A DNA stretch of 64,000 nt from an uncultured Planctomycetales bacterium. Its GTDB lineage: Bacteria; Planctomycetota; SBBH01. The notes beneath the pieces are model-generated. The model made no database searches. It was given only the letters and a program-made list of their open reading frames with translations, and was not told where the DNA came from. This document shows positions 46,938 to 54,402 of the stretch, one piece after another (position 1 is the first letter of the stretch; every line of letters begins with the position of its first letter). The position numbers and the translations under genes were made by a program. The stretch lies in assembly GCA_964455625.1 (NCBI GenBank), contig CAYVXZ010000004.1:77207-141206 (forward strand), written 5' to 3'.

Positions 46938-47243
46938 CTATCTCCCCTTTCGCCGCTGGAGTTCCGACATCATCCGGACGAAGTCGCCGACTCTTTCCGC
47001 GTACTTGCGGGCGATGTGGGTCTTTGCGGCCTTCAGGACATCCCGCCCCGAACGGCCACGCCCCCGGGAAGGGAAGTTCCTCAAGAGAACGCTACAGCCA
47101 CCGCAGGCGACGACCTTGCTCCGATGGTCGACAACCAGTTGTGAGAAGGCATTGAAGTTCCCGATGCCCGAAAAGCCGCAGTACTGGCATCGGCACCCGT
47201 CCCGAAGATAGATGTGCCAGTCAGGCCAGTCTTTCTTCGCCAT
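46938..47243 (-). CDS. Degenerate HNH-endonuclease-like zinc-finger protein
   Basis: RDGCRCQYCG, LVVDH, ACGGC; AAGGAG RBS 5 nt before ATG 47243. The usual loop and the Asn after the second CxxC are absent. Confidence 0.6.
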   Translation of the reverse strand: MAKKDWPDWHIYLRDGCRCQYCGFSGIGNFNAFSQLVVDHRSKVVACGGCSVLLRNFPSRGRGRSGRDVLKAAKTHIARKYAERVGDFVRMMSELQRRKGR

Positions 47244-47279
47244 GCATTCTCCTTGCAAATGGAAACTCTTTTACCGAAG

Positions 47280-47301
47280 AATACCGTTTATAAACAGTAT
47301 T
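47280..47301. promoter_or_regulatory. 22-bp near-perfect palindromic operator within the leftward promoter
   Basis: AATACCGTTTATAAACAGTATT (one mismatched pair). On the minus strand it sits between TTGAAA (-35, 47300-47305) and TATTCT (-10, 47278-47283). Confidence 0.7.
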
Positions 47302-47365
47302 TCAACTCGATCGACCGGTCTCACGTGGGTTCTTCGCGCGGGAACGGCCTCCCTACAATCCGCCG

Positions 47366-47719
47366 GTGCGCAAGGAGAGGAAAAAGCCGCATCCGCTGGC
47401 GGCCCTCGCCGGGAAGCGGATCTCGCAGTTCCGCAACGCGAGAGAATGGACGCAGGAGGAGCTGGGACGCCGCGCCGGGTTGAGCCAGAAATGGATCAGC
47501 GACATCGAGCGGGGACGGACCGCGCTCCAGCTCGACACCCTGGCGCGCCTCGCCGGGGCGCTTTCCGTCCTTCCGTACGAGCTGATCCTGGAAACCCCCG
47601 CGGCCGGACGCGGCCGGCTGGACGCCCGGAAGGTCTTGAGCACCGTCGAGCGGTGCGACGAGGACCGGCGCCGGGTGATCCTGCGCGTCGTCGAGACCCT
47701 GGCCGAGTACGGCCGTTGA
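47366..47719 (+). CDS. XRE-family helix-turn-helix transcriptional regulator
   Basis: RISQFRNAREWTQEELGRRAGLSQKWISDIERG...LARLAGAL; TACAAT 6 nt before the GTG. Confidence 0.92.
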   Translation: MRKERKKPHPLAALAGKRISQFRNAREWTQEELGRRAGLSQKWISDIERGRTALQLDTLARLAGALSVLPYELILETPAAGRGRLDARKVLSTVERCDEDRRRVILRVVETLAEYGR

Positions 47720-47729
47720 CCGTCCGGTT

Positions 47730-48092
47730 TCATCGCTCCAGAAAAACCCCCGAGGCGGGATCGACTTCTCCTTCCTCGATCCTCCGGGAGAGCCGGAGCA
47801 ATCCCTTCAGGAGGGCGCCGGGGTCGGAGGTCGGAAAACCCTTCCGGGAGACGAAGACGACGCCGGGAACATCGATCCCCTCCTTGAGGAGGTCCCCGAA
47901 GATCCGCATGAAGTCCGCCACGTTGTAGGTGACGAGGACCCGTCTCTCGCCGATCGCCGCGCGGAACACGGCGCGATCCTCCTGACCCGCCCGACCGGAG
48001 CCGGCGACCGCCAGGATATCCAGCCCCGCCCTGCGGGCTTCAAGCGCCACCCGCGGGCTGATCATCTCGTCCAGGAGGAACCGCGGCCGCAC
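47730..48092 (-). CDS. DUF5615 PIN-like toxin (VapC45-like)
   Basis: FLLDEMI, EDRAVF, RRVLVTYNVADF acidic PIN residues. Confidence 0.88.
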   Translation of the reverse strand: MRPRFLLDEMISPRVALEARRAGLDILAVAGSGRAGQEDRAVFRAAIGERRVLVTYNVADFMRIFGDLLKEGIDVPGVVFVSRKGFPTSDPGALLKGLLRLSRRIEEGEVDPASGVFLER

Positions 48093-48095
48093 GCC

Positions 48096-48512
48096 TCAAC
48101 CCCTGACGCGGGCAAGAGTCGGATAGTGTCCCAAAGGGTCCGGAGGCTGACCGCGCGCAGATTCCGCCTCGATCTCCGCCCGGTAAGCCTGCGCATAGCG
48201 GGCAGCCGCCGCGACCTGGGCCACGGTCAGGTGGGGATAATTCTTCCGGACCTTGGCGACGCTCCGGCCATGATCCTGCCAGACGGAAAAAAGTTCCCAT
48301 ACGGAAAGCCCTGTCCCCGTCACGAACGCCGCGCGGCCTGTCGCCGCCGCGCGGAAGTCGATCCCCGGAAAACGGCTCATCCGGATTCCTTCTTCCAGCA
48401 AACGGATCGCGGCCGCGCTCGTCGAGACCCCAAGACTGCCGGCGTACCGCGCGAGATCCTCCGCGAGATTCCGTGGCAGCCTGGCGCTGAAAGGAGCGGT
48501 TCGATGGCCCAT
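48096..48512 (-). CDS. DUF433-domain antitoxin with N-terminal DNA-binding region (VapB45-like)
   Basis: PGIDFR, RAAFVTGTGLSVWEL, YPHLTVAQVAAAARY; GGAGG RBS before ATG 48512. Confidence 0.88.
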   Translation of the reverse strand: MGHRTAPFSARLPRNLAEDLARYAGSLGVSTSAAAIRLLEEGIRMSRFPGIDFRAAATGRAAFVTGTGLSVWELFSVWQDHGRSVAKVRKNYPHLTVAQVAAAARYAQAYRAEIEAESARGQPPDPLGHYPTLARVRG

Positions 48513-48527
48513 ACGGCACCTCCTTGT

Positions 48528-48550
48528 ATGACAGTGTATCACAACGTCAT
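48528..48550. promoter_or_regulatory. Candidate autoregulatory inverted repeat over the TA promoter
   Basis: ATGAC-N13-GTCAT overlapping a minus-strand TACACT -10-like hexamer upstream of the antitoxin RBS. Confidence 0.45.
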
Positions 48551-48603
48551 TTGAAAACAACCGGCGAGAAAAAGCCGCGCCCCGGCGCGGCGACACCTTG
48601 AGG

Positions 48604-48748
48604 GCGGGCGGGACAGCAAGAAAGCGAGGGGGCGGCGCGAACGGATTGCGAGGCCACGGCGCGCCCCACGGAGGGGGCACGCCGGCCGAGCCCTCGCAGG
48701 CCGGACATGGAGCCGGCCGAGAATGAGTGAGCGCCGACCCCCGATCGC
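48604..48748 (+). repeat. Dispersed structured repeat family 2, copy 2
   Basis: Matches the reverse complement of 7741-7887; hairpin GCCCC-ACGGAG-GGGGC conserved. Confidence 0.85.
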
Positions 48749-48846
48749 CCGTACAGCGCACCCCCGTCCGCCACGATGAGCACCCCCACCCTTCCCTCCC
48801 CCATCGAGGGGGAGGGAAGTTTTTGGGACGTTCGGTTCTTTCGGCG

Positions 48847-49971
48847 TTATCCCGTCGCGACGGGGATCGTGAACCAGAAGGTGGACCCCTTGCCGACGGC
48901 GCTATCCACCCCCGCCTCCCCGCCATGCAGCTCGACGAGCTTCTTCACGATGGCGAGGCCCAGGCCGGTCCCGCGCTCGCCGGCGGTGGGCTTGGAGGAG
49001 ATCTTCTGGAACTTCTGGAAGAGCTTCTGCTTTTCTTCCGGGGAGATGCCGCACCCGGTGTCCGTGACCTCGATCCGGACGAATTTCCCGTCGCAGGAGG
49101 CCTTGACGGTGATCGACCCCTTCTGGGGGGTGAACTTGATGGCGTTCGAGATGAGGTTCCGGAGGACTTCCTCGATCCGGCGCGGGTCGAACTTCACCGG
49201 GGGGATCCCGGCGGCGGCGGCGTACGCGAGCGCGATCCCCTTCTTCTCGGCGAGGATCTGGTTCGACTCCGCGATCTCCTTCGCGACCGCCTCGACGGGG
49301 CCCGTCTTCCAGTCCAGGGTCACCTTCCCCGACTCGATCGCGGCGATGTCGAGGAGGTCGTTGATGAGGTTCAGCATGGCGTCGGTGTGCTTCAGGATCA
49401 CCTCGCCCGCCTTCTTCTGCTCGGCGTTCATCTCGCCCAGGGCCTCGGCGAGGAGCGACTCGGTCCAGAGGGAGATGACGCCCAGGGGGTTCCGGAGGTC
49501 GTGCGCGGCCATCCCGAGGAAGTCGTCCTTCATGGCGTTCAGGCGCTCGAGGTCGTCGTTGCGCTTCTGGAGCTCGATCTGCAGTTCCCGGATCCGCAGG
49601 GCCGAGCGGACCTTCGCGGCGAGCTCCAGCATCTGGACGGGCTTCGTCAGGTAGTCGTCGGCGCCGCTGTCGAGCCCCTCGATCTTGTCGGACCCCTGGG
49701 TCTTGGCGGTGAGGAGGATGAAGAAGGTGGAGCGCAGCTCCGGGTCCGCCTTCACCTTCTTGCAGAACCCCACCCCGTCCAGGACCGGCATCATCCAGTC
49801 GGAGATGACGAGCTCCGGCTTCACCTTCGGCAGGGCGTCGAAGGCGAGCTGGCCGTTCTCGAAGGCGCTGACCGCGTACCCCTCCTTCTTGAGCCCCATC
49901 TCGAGGAGCGTCCGGATGGAGCGGTCGTCGTCCACGACCACGATCGACTTGCCCGGCGTCGCGGGGCTCAT
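48847..49971 (-). CDS. Hybrid receiver-histidine kinase (REC-HisKA-HATPase)
   Basis: REC: VVDDD, SDWMMP, DDYLTKP. H-box: MAAHDLRNPL. N/G1/G2 boxes: NLISNAIKFT, DTGCGI, GTGLGLAI. No TM. Confidence 0.95.
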   Translation of the reverse strand: MSPATPGKSIVVVDDDRSIRTLLEMGLKKEGYAVSAFENGQLAFDALPKVKPELVISDWMMPVLDGVGFCKKVKADPELRSTFFILLTAKTQGSDKIEGLDSGADDYLTKPVQMLELAAKVRSALRIRELQIELQKRNDDLERLNAMKDDFLGMAAHDLRNPLGVISLWTESLLAEALGEMNAEQKKAGEVILKHTDAMLNLINDLLDIAAIESGKVTLDWKTGPVEAVAKEIAESNQILAEKKGIALAYAAAAGIPPVKFDPRRIEEVLRNLISNAIKFTPQKGSITVKASCDGKFVRIEVTDTGCGISPEEKQKLFQKFQKISSKPTAGERGTGLGLAIVKKLVELHGGEAGVDSAVGKGSTFWFTIPVATG

Positions 49972-50696
49972 ACCACGATCCTCAAGGCCTGGTACGCCTC
50001 GGCGGCCTGAACCGAGATCTCGCGCCCGCGCATGCGGGCGAGGAGCTCGAGCGCCTCGACGCCCCCCAGGTGCGGGGCGGGCCTCTGCTGGGACTGGTGG
50101 CGGCGGAACGCCTCCAGCTTCTTTTCGAGGCAGTCGGAGATGTCCACGTAGAAGTTGGGCTGGAACCGCTGGATGTTCCACGCCAGCTGCGGCGCGTCCC
50201 CCACGAGCACCACCTGCTGGAACGCCTTCATCGCCGAAAGGTGCGGCCGGGACGCCGTGATCCCGGCCCAGTAGACCGCCTCGTGGTCCTGGTTGTAGGA
50301 GGGGAACGGGATCACCACCATCGTGGGCTTCACCTTCTCCATGGAAAGGCGCGCCGACCGCTCGATCCGGTCGACGAGGTCGCGCCGGGGGAGCGTGTCG
50401 AGGCGCAGGTGGAGCTGCGCGTCCTCGTAGAGGATCTCGAAGTCGTCGACCGAGAGGTGCTTCATGGCGTCGCCGAGTTCCTCGGCGCGCTTCGACCCCT
50501 TGACGGTGTGCCCCGTGTTGTCGAAATGGTCGAGGTCCCCGACGGAGACCACCTGCACGAACGCCGCGCCGCCGGCGCGCTTCACGCGCCAGATGAGCCC
50601 GGCGCTCGAGATCGACTCGTCGTCGGCGTGCGGGGCGATGACAAGGAGCCGCTGGCGGGCCAGGAACGCGTCGTCAGCGCTTGTCGTTCCGGTCAT
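49968..50696 (-). CDS. PIG-L/LmbE-family zinc deacetylase
   Basis: IAPHADDES, RAEEL, YNQDHE, HQSQ. Confidence 0.9.
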   Translation of the reverse strand: MTGTTSADDAFLARQRLLVIAPHADDESISSAGLIWRVKRAGGAAFVQVVSVGDLDHFDNTGHTVKGSKRAEELGDAMKHLSVDDFEILYEDAQLHLRLDTLPRRDLVDRIERSARLSMEKVKPTMVVIPFPSYNQDHEAVYWAGITASRPHLSAMKAFQQVVLVGDAPQLAWNIQRFQPNFYVDISDCLEKKLEAFRRHQSQQRPAPHLGGVEALELLARMRGREISVQAAEAYQALRIVV

Positions 50697-51420
50697 CGCG
50701 GATCCCCCATCCTTCCCCGTCCTTTTCCACGGCGCCGGCGCCGCGCGCGCGGCTCTTCTCCATCCAGAGACGCACCTGGTCGACCATCATCCCTTTCATC
50801 TCGTCCACCGCGTGCCCCAGGGCCGACCGCCTCGGCCCGCACAGGAGCGTGTTCCCGCGCATGAGCTCGCGGCGCAGGTCCTCGGCCGACGCCGCCGGCA
50901 CCACCGTGCGGCCGCGGCCGATCTGCGCGGGGCGGTGGGCGTCGCTTCCGGAAACGACGAAAAGGTCGTGCTCCCGCGCCGCCCGCTCCACGCGCTTCTC
51001 CCCCCACGTGGGGTCCACCTCCCGCAGGCGGCTGGAACGGCCGTTGTACCCCTCGATTCCGTCCACCTGCGCGAGGACCGCCTCGTCGGGGACGACATGA
51101 TAGCGGAACGGATGCGGGATGTAGACGATCCCCCCCTGCGATTTCACGCCGGCGATGAACTCGAACGGGTTCCGGGTCACGACCGGCTCCGTCAGGAAAA
51201 GCCCGATCAGGTCCCCCGCCTCGGTGGTCGCCTCCATCCCGACGATGACGACCAGATCCGGCGGCGCGATCGCCCGGGCGGCGAGCCCCCCCTCGATCGA
51301 GTCGTGGTCCGTGACCGCGATCCCGCGCAGCCCCGTCTTCCGGGCCGCCGACACGATCCGCGCGGGGTCGGAGCGGCTGTCGAAGGAGAATTTCGAGTGG
51401 ATGTGGAGGTCGTATTCCAT
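50674..51420 (-). CDS. PHP-domain metallophosphoesterase
   Basis: DLHIHSKFSFD, AVTDHD, GMEATT, PHPF, IEGYNGR, SGSDAH. Confidence 0.92.
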   Translation of the reverse strand: MEYDLHIHSKFSFDSRSDPARIVSAARKTGLRGIAVTDHDSIEGGLAARAIAPPDLVVIVGMEATTEAGDLIGLFLTEPVVTRNPFEFIAGVKSQGGIVYIPHPFRYHVVPDEAVLAQVDGIEGYNGRSSRLREVDPTWGEKRVERAAREHDLFVVSGSDAHRPAQIGRGRTVVPAASAEDLRRELMRGNTLLCGPRRSALGHAVDEMKGMMVDQVRLWMEKSRARGAGAVEKDGEGWGIRDDRNDKR

Positions 51421-51701
51421 CGGAAAGGCCCACGGACTCTAACGCACCCCTCCCGACCGCGTCCAGAGCCCGGGCGCAGGCGCGCATGAATGTCCGAAAA
51501 GTTTCCGGAATCCGGCATTGCAATGGCCAAAAACCGCGCTTAGATAGGGGCGTCTTTCATGATTTCAGCCGCCGATCACGGCGGCACGCAAGCAAGGGTG
51601 CGAGGGCTCCGCCTTCGCAGGCAACAGAGTGGTCGGGCCGCCACTCGGGAACGCACACGCGAGGATCGCGTGGAGAAAAATCCTGTTTGCAGGAGGCTGC
51701 C

Positions 51702-53042
51702 ATGCTCCAGTTGGCCCCGACTGATTCATCCATCAAGATCCATACTTCCGCGACGCTCACCTCCATCCCGCAGGTCGCGCGCATGGGCGCCAGGCAACGC
51801 CTCGCCATGCAGGCGGTCGCGTCGGTCCTGCCGTTCCGGGTGAACACGTATGTCCTCGACGAGCTGATCGACTGGTCGGCCGTTCCCGAAGACCCCATCT
51901 ATCAGCTGACCTTTCCGCAGCCCGGTATGCTTCCGCCCGCCGCCCTGCGCCGGATGACGGCGCTCCTGCGCAAGGGGGCCCCGCAAGGCGAGATCCGGGA
52001 TACGGCGAACCGGATCCGGATGTCCCTGAATCCGCATCCGTCCGGACAGATGGAGCACAACGTGCCGCTCCTCGACGGAACACCCGTCGCCGGGATGCAG
52101 CACAAGTACAGTGAGACGGTCCTCTTTTTCCCCCACCAGGGACAGACCTGCCATGCCTACTGCACGTACTGCTTCAGGTGGGCGCAGTTCGTCGGGATCG
52201 GGGAGCTCAAGTTCGCCGCGTTGCAGACCGAGCGGTTCCACGAATACCTGCGACGCCACACCGAGCTCACGGATGTCATTTTCACGGGAGGGGATCCGAT
52301 GGTCATGCGGGCCTCGCGACTCGCGGACCTGATCGACCCGCTTCTCGCGGGCGAATTCGCCCATATCCGGAACATCCGGATCGGGACCAAATCGGTCGCC
52401 TACTGGCCTCATCGCTTCGTCTCGGACCCCGACGCGGACGATATCCTCCGGCTCTTCGAGCGGATCGTGGCGTCCGGCCGCCACCTCGCGGTCATGGCCC
52501 ACTACAGCCATCCGCGGGAGCTCTCGACCCCGATCGCCCGGGAATGCGTCCGGCGGATCCTCGACACGGGCGCGGTCATCCGGACGCAGGCCCCTCTCGT
52601 GCGCCACGTGAACGACGACGCCGACATCTGGGCCGACCTGTGGAAGGAGCAGGTGCGCCTGGGATGCGTCCCCTACTACCTGTTCGTGGAGCGCGATACG
52701 GGAGCGAAAAACTACTTCGAGGTCCCCCTCGCCCGCGCCTGGCAAGTCTTCCGGGACGCCTACTCCCGGGTGACGGGGCTCTGCCGGACCGTCCGCGGTC
52801 CCTCGATGTCCGCAACGCCGGGCAAGGTCCTGATCCAGGGGGTCGCGGAGATCGGCGGCGAGAAGGTGTTCGTGCTGACTTTCGCGCGGGGGCGCGACCG
52901 CGCCTGGGTCCGCCGCCCCTTCTTCGCGGCGTTCGACCCGGAGGCGACCTGGTTCGACCAGCTCCGCCCCGCCTTCGGGGAGGAGAAGTTCTTCTACGAG
53001 CGCGAGCCGGAGACACGCTTCGAGTCGGCGGGGCCACCGTGA
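51702..53042 (+). CDS. KamA-family radical SAM aminomutase-like protein
   Basis: CHAYCTYCFR CxxxCxxC motif, HKYSETVLFF, FTGGDPM, RIGTK, PYYLFVERD, SATPGK; AGGAGG RBS. Confidence 0.9.
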   Translation: MLQLAPTDSSIKIHTSATLTSIPQVARMGARQRLAMQAVASVLPFRVNTYVLDELIDWSAVPEDPIYQLTFPQPGMLPPAALRRMTALLRKGAPQGEIRDTANRIRMSLNPHPSGQMEHNVPLLDGTPVAGMQHKYSETVLFFPHQGQTCHAYCTYCFRWAQFVGIGELKFAALQTERFHEYLRRHTELTDVIFTGGDPMVMRASRLADLIDPLLAGEFAHIRNIRIGTKSVAYWPHRFVSDPDADDILRLFERIVASGRHLAVMAHYSHPRELSTPIARECVRRILDTGAVIRTQAPLVRHVNDDADIWADLWKEQVRLGCVPYYLFVERDTGAKNYFEVPLARAWQVFRDAYSRVTGLCRTVRGPSMSATPGKVLIQGVAEIGGEKVFVLTFARGRDRAWVRRPFFAAFDPEATWFDQLRPAFGEEKFFYEREPETRFESAGPP

Positions 53043-54382
53043 GCGGACCGGACGCGGGCCGGGGGAACCGCCGGATCCTGGGCGGCATCCTGATCGCGAC
53101 GATCGCGGGCGGATTCTGCGGCTGGCACTACGGCCCACGGATGGAATCCGTCGCGTTCCTCGGGGACTTCTTCCTCCTCGCCCTGAAAACGCTGGTCGTG
53201 CCGCTCGTCGTCACCTCGCTCGTCATGGGCATGGTGGGCCTGGGGGATATCCGGCGGGCCGGCCGCATGGGGCGCATCACTGTCATTTTCTACCTGTCAT
53301 CCATGGCGGTGGCGGTGGCCGTCGGGATGGCGTTCGTCAACTGGATCCGGCCGGGAGACGGATTTTCCGCGGAACCGGATCCCGCGGCGCTGGAGCGGGC
53401 ACGCTCCGGAATGCCATCCGAAGAGCGGGAGGCATTCGACCGCTCGCTCGACAGGATCCGCCTCGAGCGCGAGGCGCAGAAGGCCCGGGTCGAGAGCCGA
53501 CGCGCGGAGGGCAAGGAGGGGCTCGCGGCGACGCTCCGGGAGATGCTCCTCTCGCTCGTCCCGGGAAACATCGTCCGCGCCGCCGCCGAAATGCAGATCC
53601 TGCCCCTGGTCGTCTTCTCCCTCCTCCTGGGCGGCGCCCTCACGACGCTCGGTGAGAAGGGGAAGCCCGTGATCGCCTTCTTCGAGGGAATGAACGAGGC
53701 GGTTCTCAAGATCGTCTCGCTCGTCATGTACCTGGCCCCGGTCGGGATCTTCGGACTCGTGGCCGCCAAGCTCGGGGAACGGGGAGGCGGCGAGGTGTTC
53801 TGGTTGACCCTCCGGAACCTGGGCGCCTATGCGGCGACAGTCCTCGTGGGGCTTGCCGTCCATGGAGGGATCATTCTCGTCCTGGCGCTGCGGTTCCTGG
53901 GCGGGCGATCGCCCTGGACGTTCCTGAAGGCCTTCGCGACACCGCTCTTCACGGCCTTTTCCACCGCCTCCTCGGCCGCGACGATGCCGCTCACGATCCA
54001 GGCGGCGAAGACCCGCGCCGGGATCTCCCCGCGCACCGCCGACTTCGTCATCCCCGTCGGCGCCACCGTCAACATGGACGGCACGGCCCTCTACGAGGCG
54101 GTGGCCGTGACGTTCATCGCGCAGTCGTACGGGATCGAGCTCTCCGTCGCCCAGCAGGCAATCCTGTTCCTCACGGCGAACCTGGCCGCGATCGGGGCGG
54201 CAGCGATCCCCGAGGCGGGACTCGTCACCATGCTCATGGTCCTCGCCGCCGTCGGCCTTCCCGCGGAAGGGGTCGGGTTGATCCTGGCGATCGACTGGTT
54301 CCTGGACCGCTGCCGCACGACGGTCAACGTCTGGGACGATTGCGTCGGCGCGGCCGTCGTGGACCGGCTGGCGAACCGGTGA
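53039..54382 (+). CDS. Dicarboxylate/amino acid:cation (DAACS, GltP-like) symporter
   Basis: LKTLVVPLV, TASSAATMP, GATVNMDGTALY, IGAAAIPEAGL, DRCRTTVNVWDD; GTGA overlap with the kamA-like gene. Confidence 0.95.
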   Translation: MSGPDAGRGNRRILGGILIATIAGGFCGWHYGPRMESVAFLGDFFLLALKTLVVPLVVTSLVMGMVGLGDIRRAGRMGRITVIFYLSSMAVAVAVGMAFVNWIRPGDGFSAEPDPAALERARSGMPSEEREAFDRSLDRIRLEREAQKARVESRRAEGKEGLAATLREMLLSLVPGNIVRAAAEMQILPLVVFSLLLGGALTTLGEKGKPVIAFFEGMNEAVLKIVSLVMYLAPVGIFGLVAAKLGERGGGEVFWLTLRNLGAYAATVLVGLAVHGGIILVLALRFLGGRSPWTFLKAFATPLFTAFSTASSAATMPLTIQAAKTRAGISPRTADFVIPVGATVNMDGTALYEAVAVTFIAQSYGIELSVAQQAILFLTANLAAIGAAAIPEAGLVTMLMVLAAVGLPAEGVGLILAIDWFLDRCRTTVNVWDDCVGAAVVDRLANR

Positions 54383-54402
54383 CGCCCGGATAGAATCCTC
54401 CC

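Noticed and set aside
44600-48600. Prophage call for the XRE/HNH island
   Set aside because: No integrase, terminase, capsid, tail or att repeats seen. It is reported only as an accessory island.
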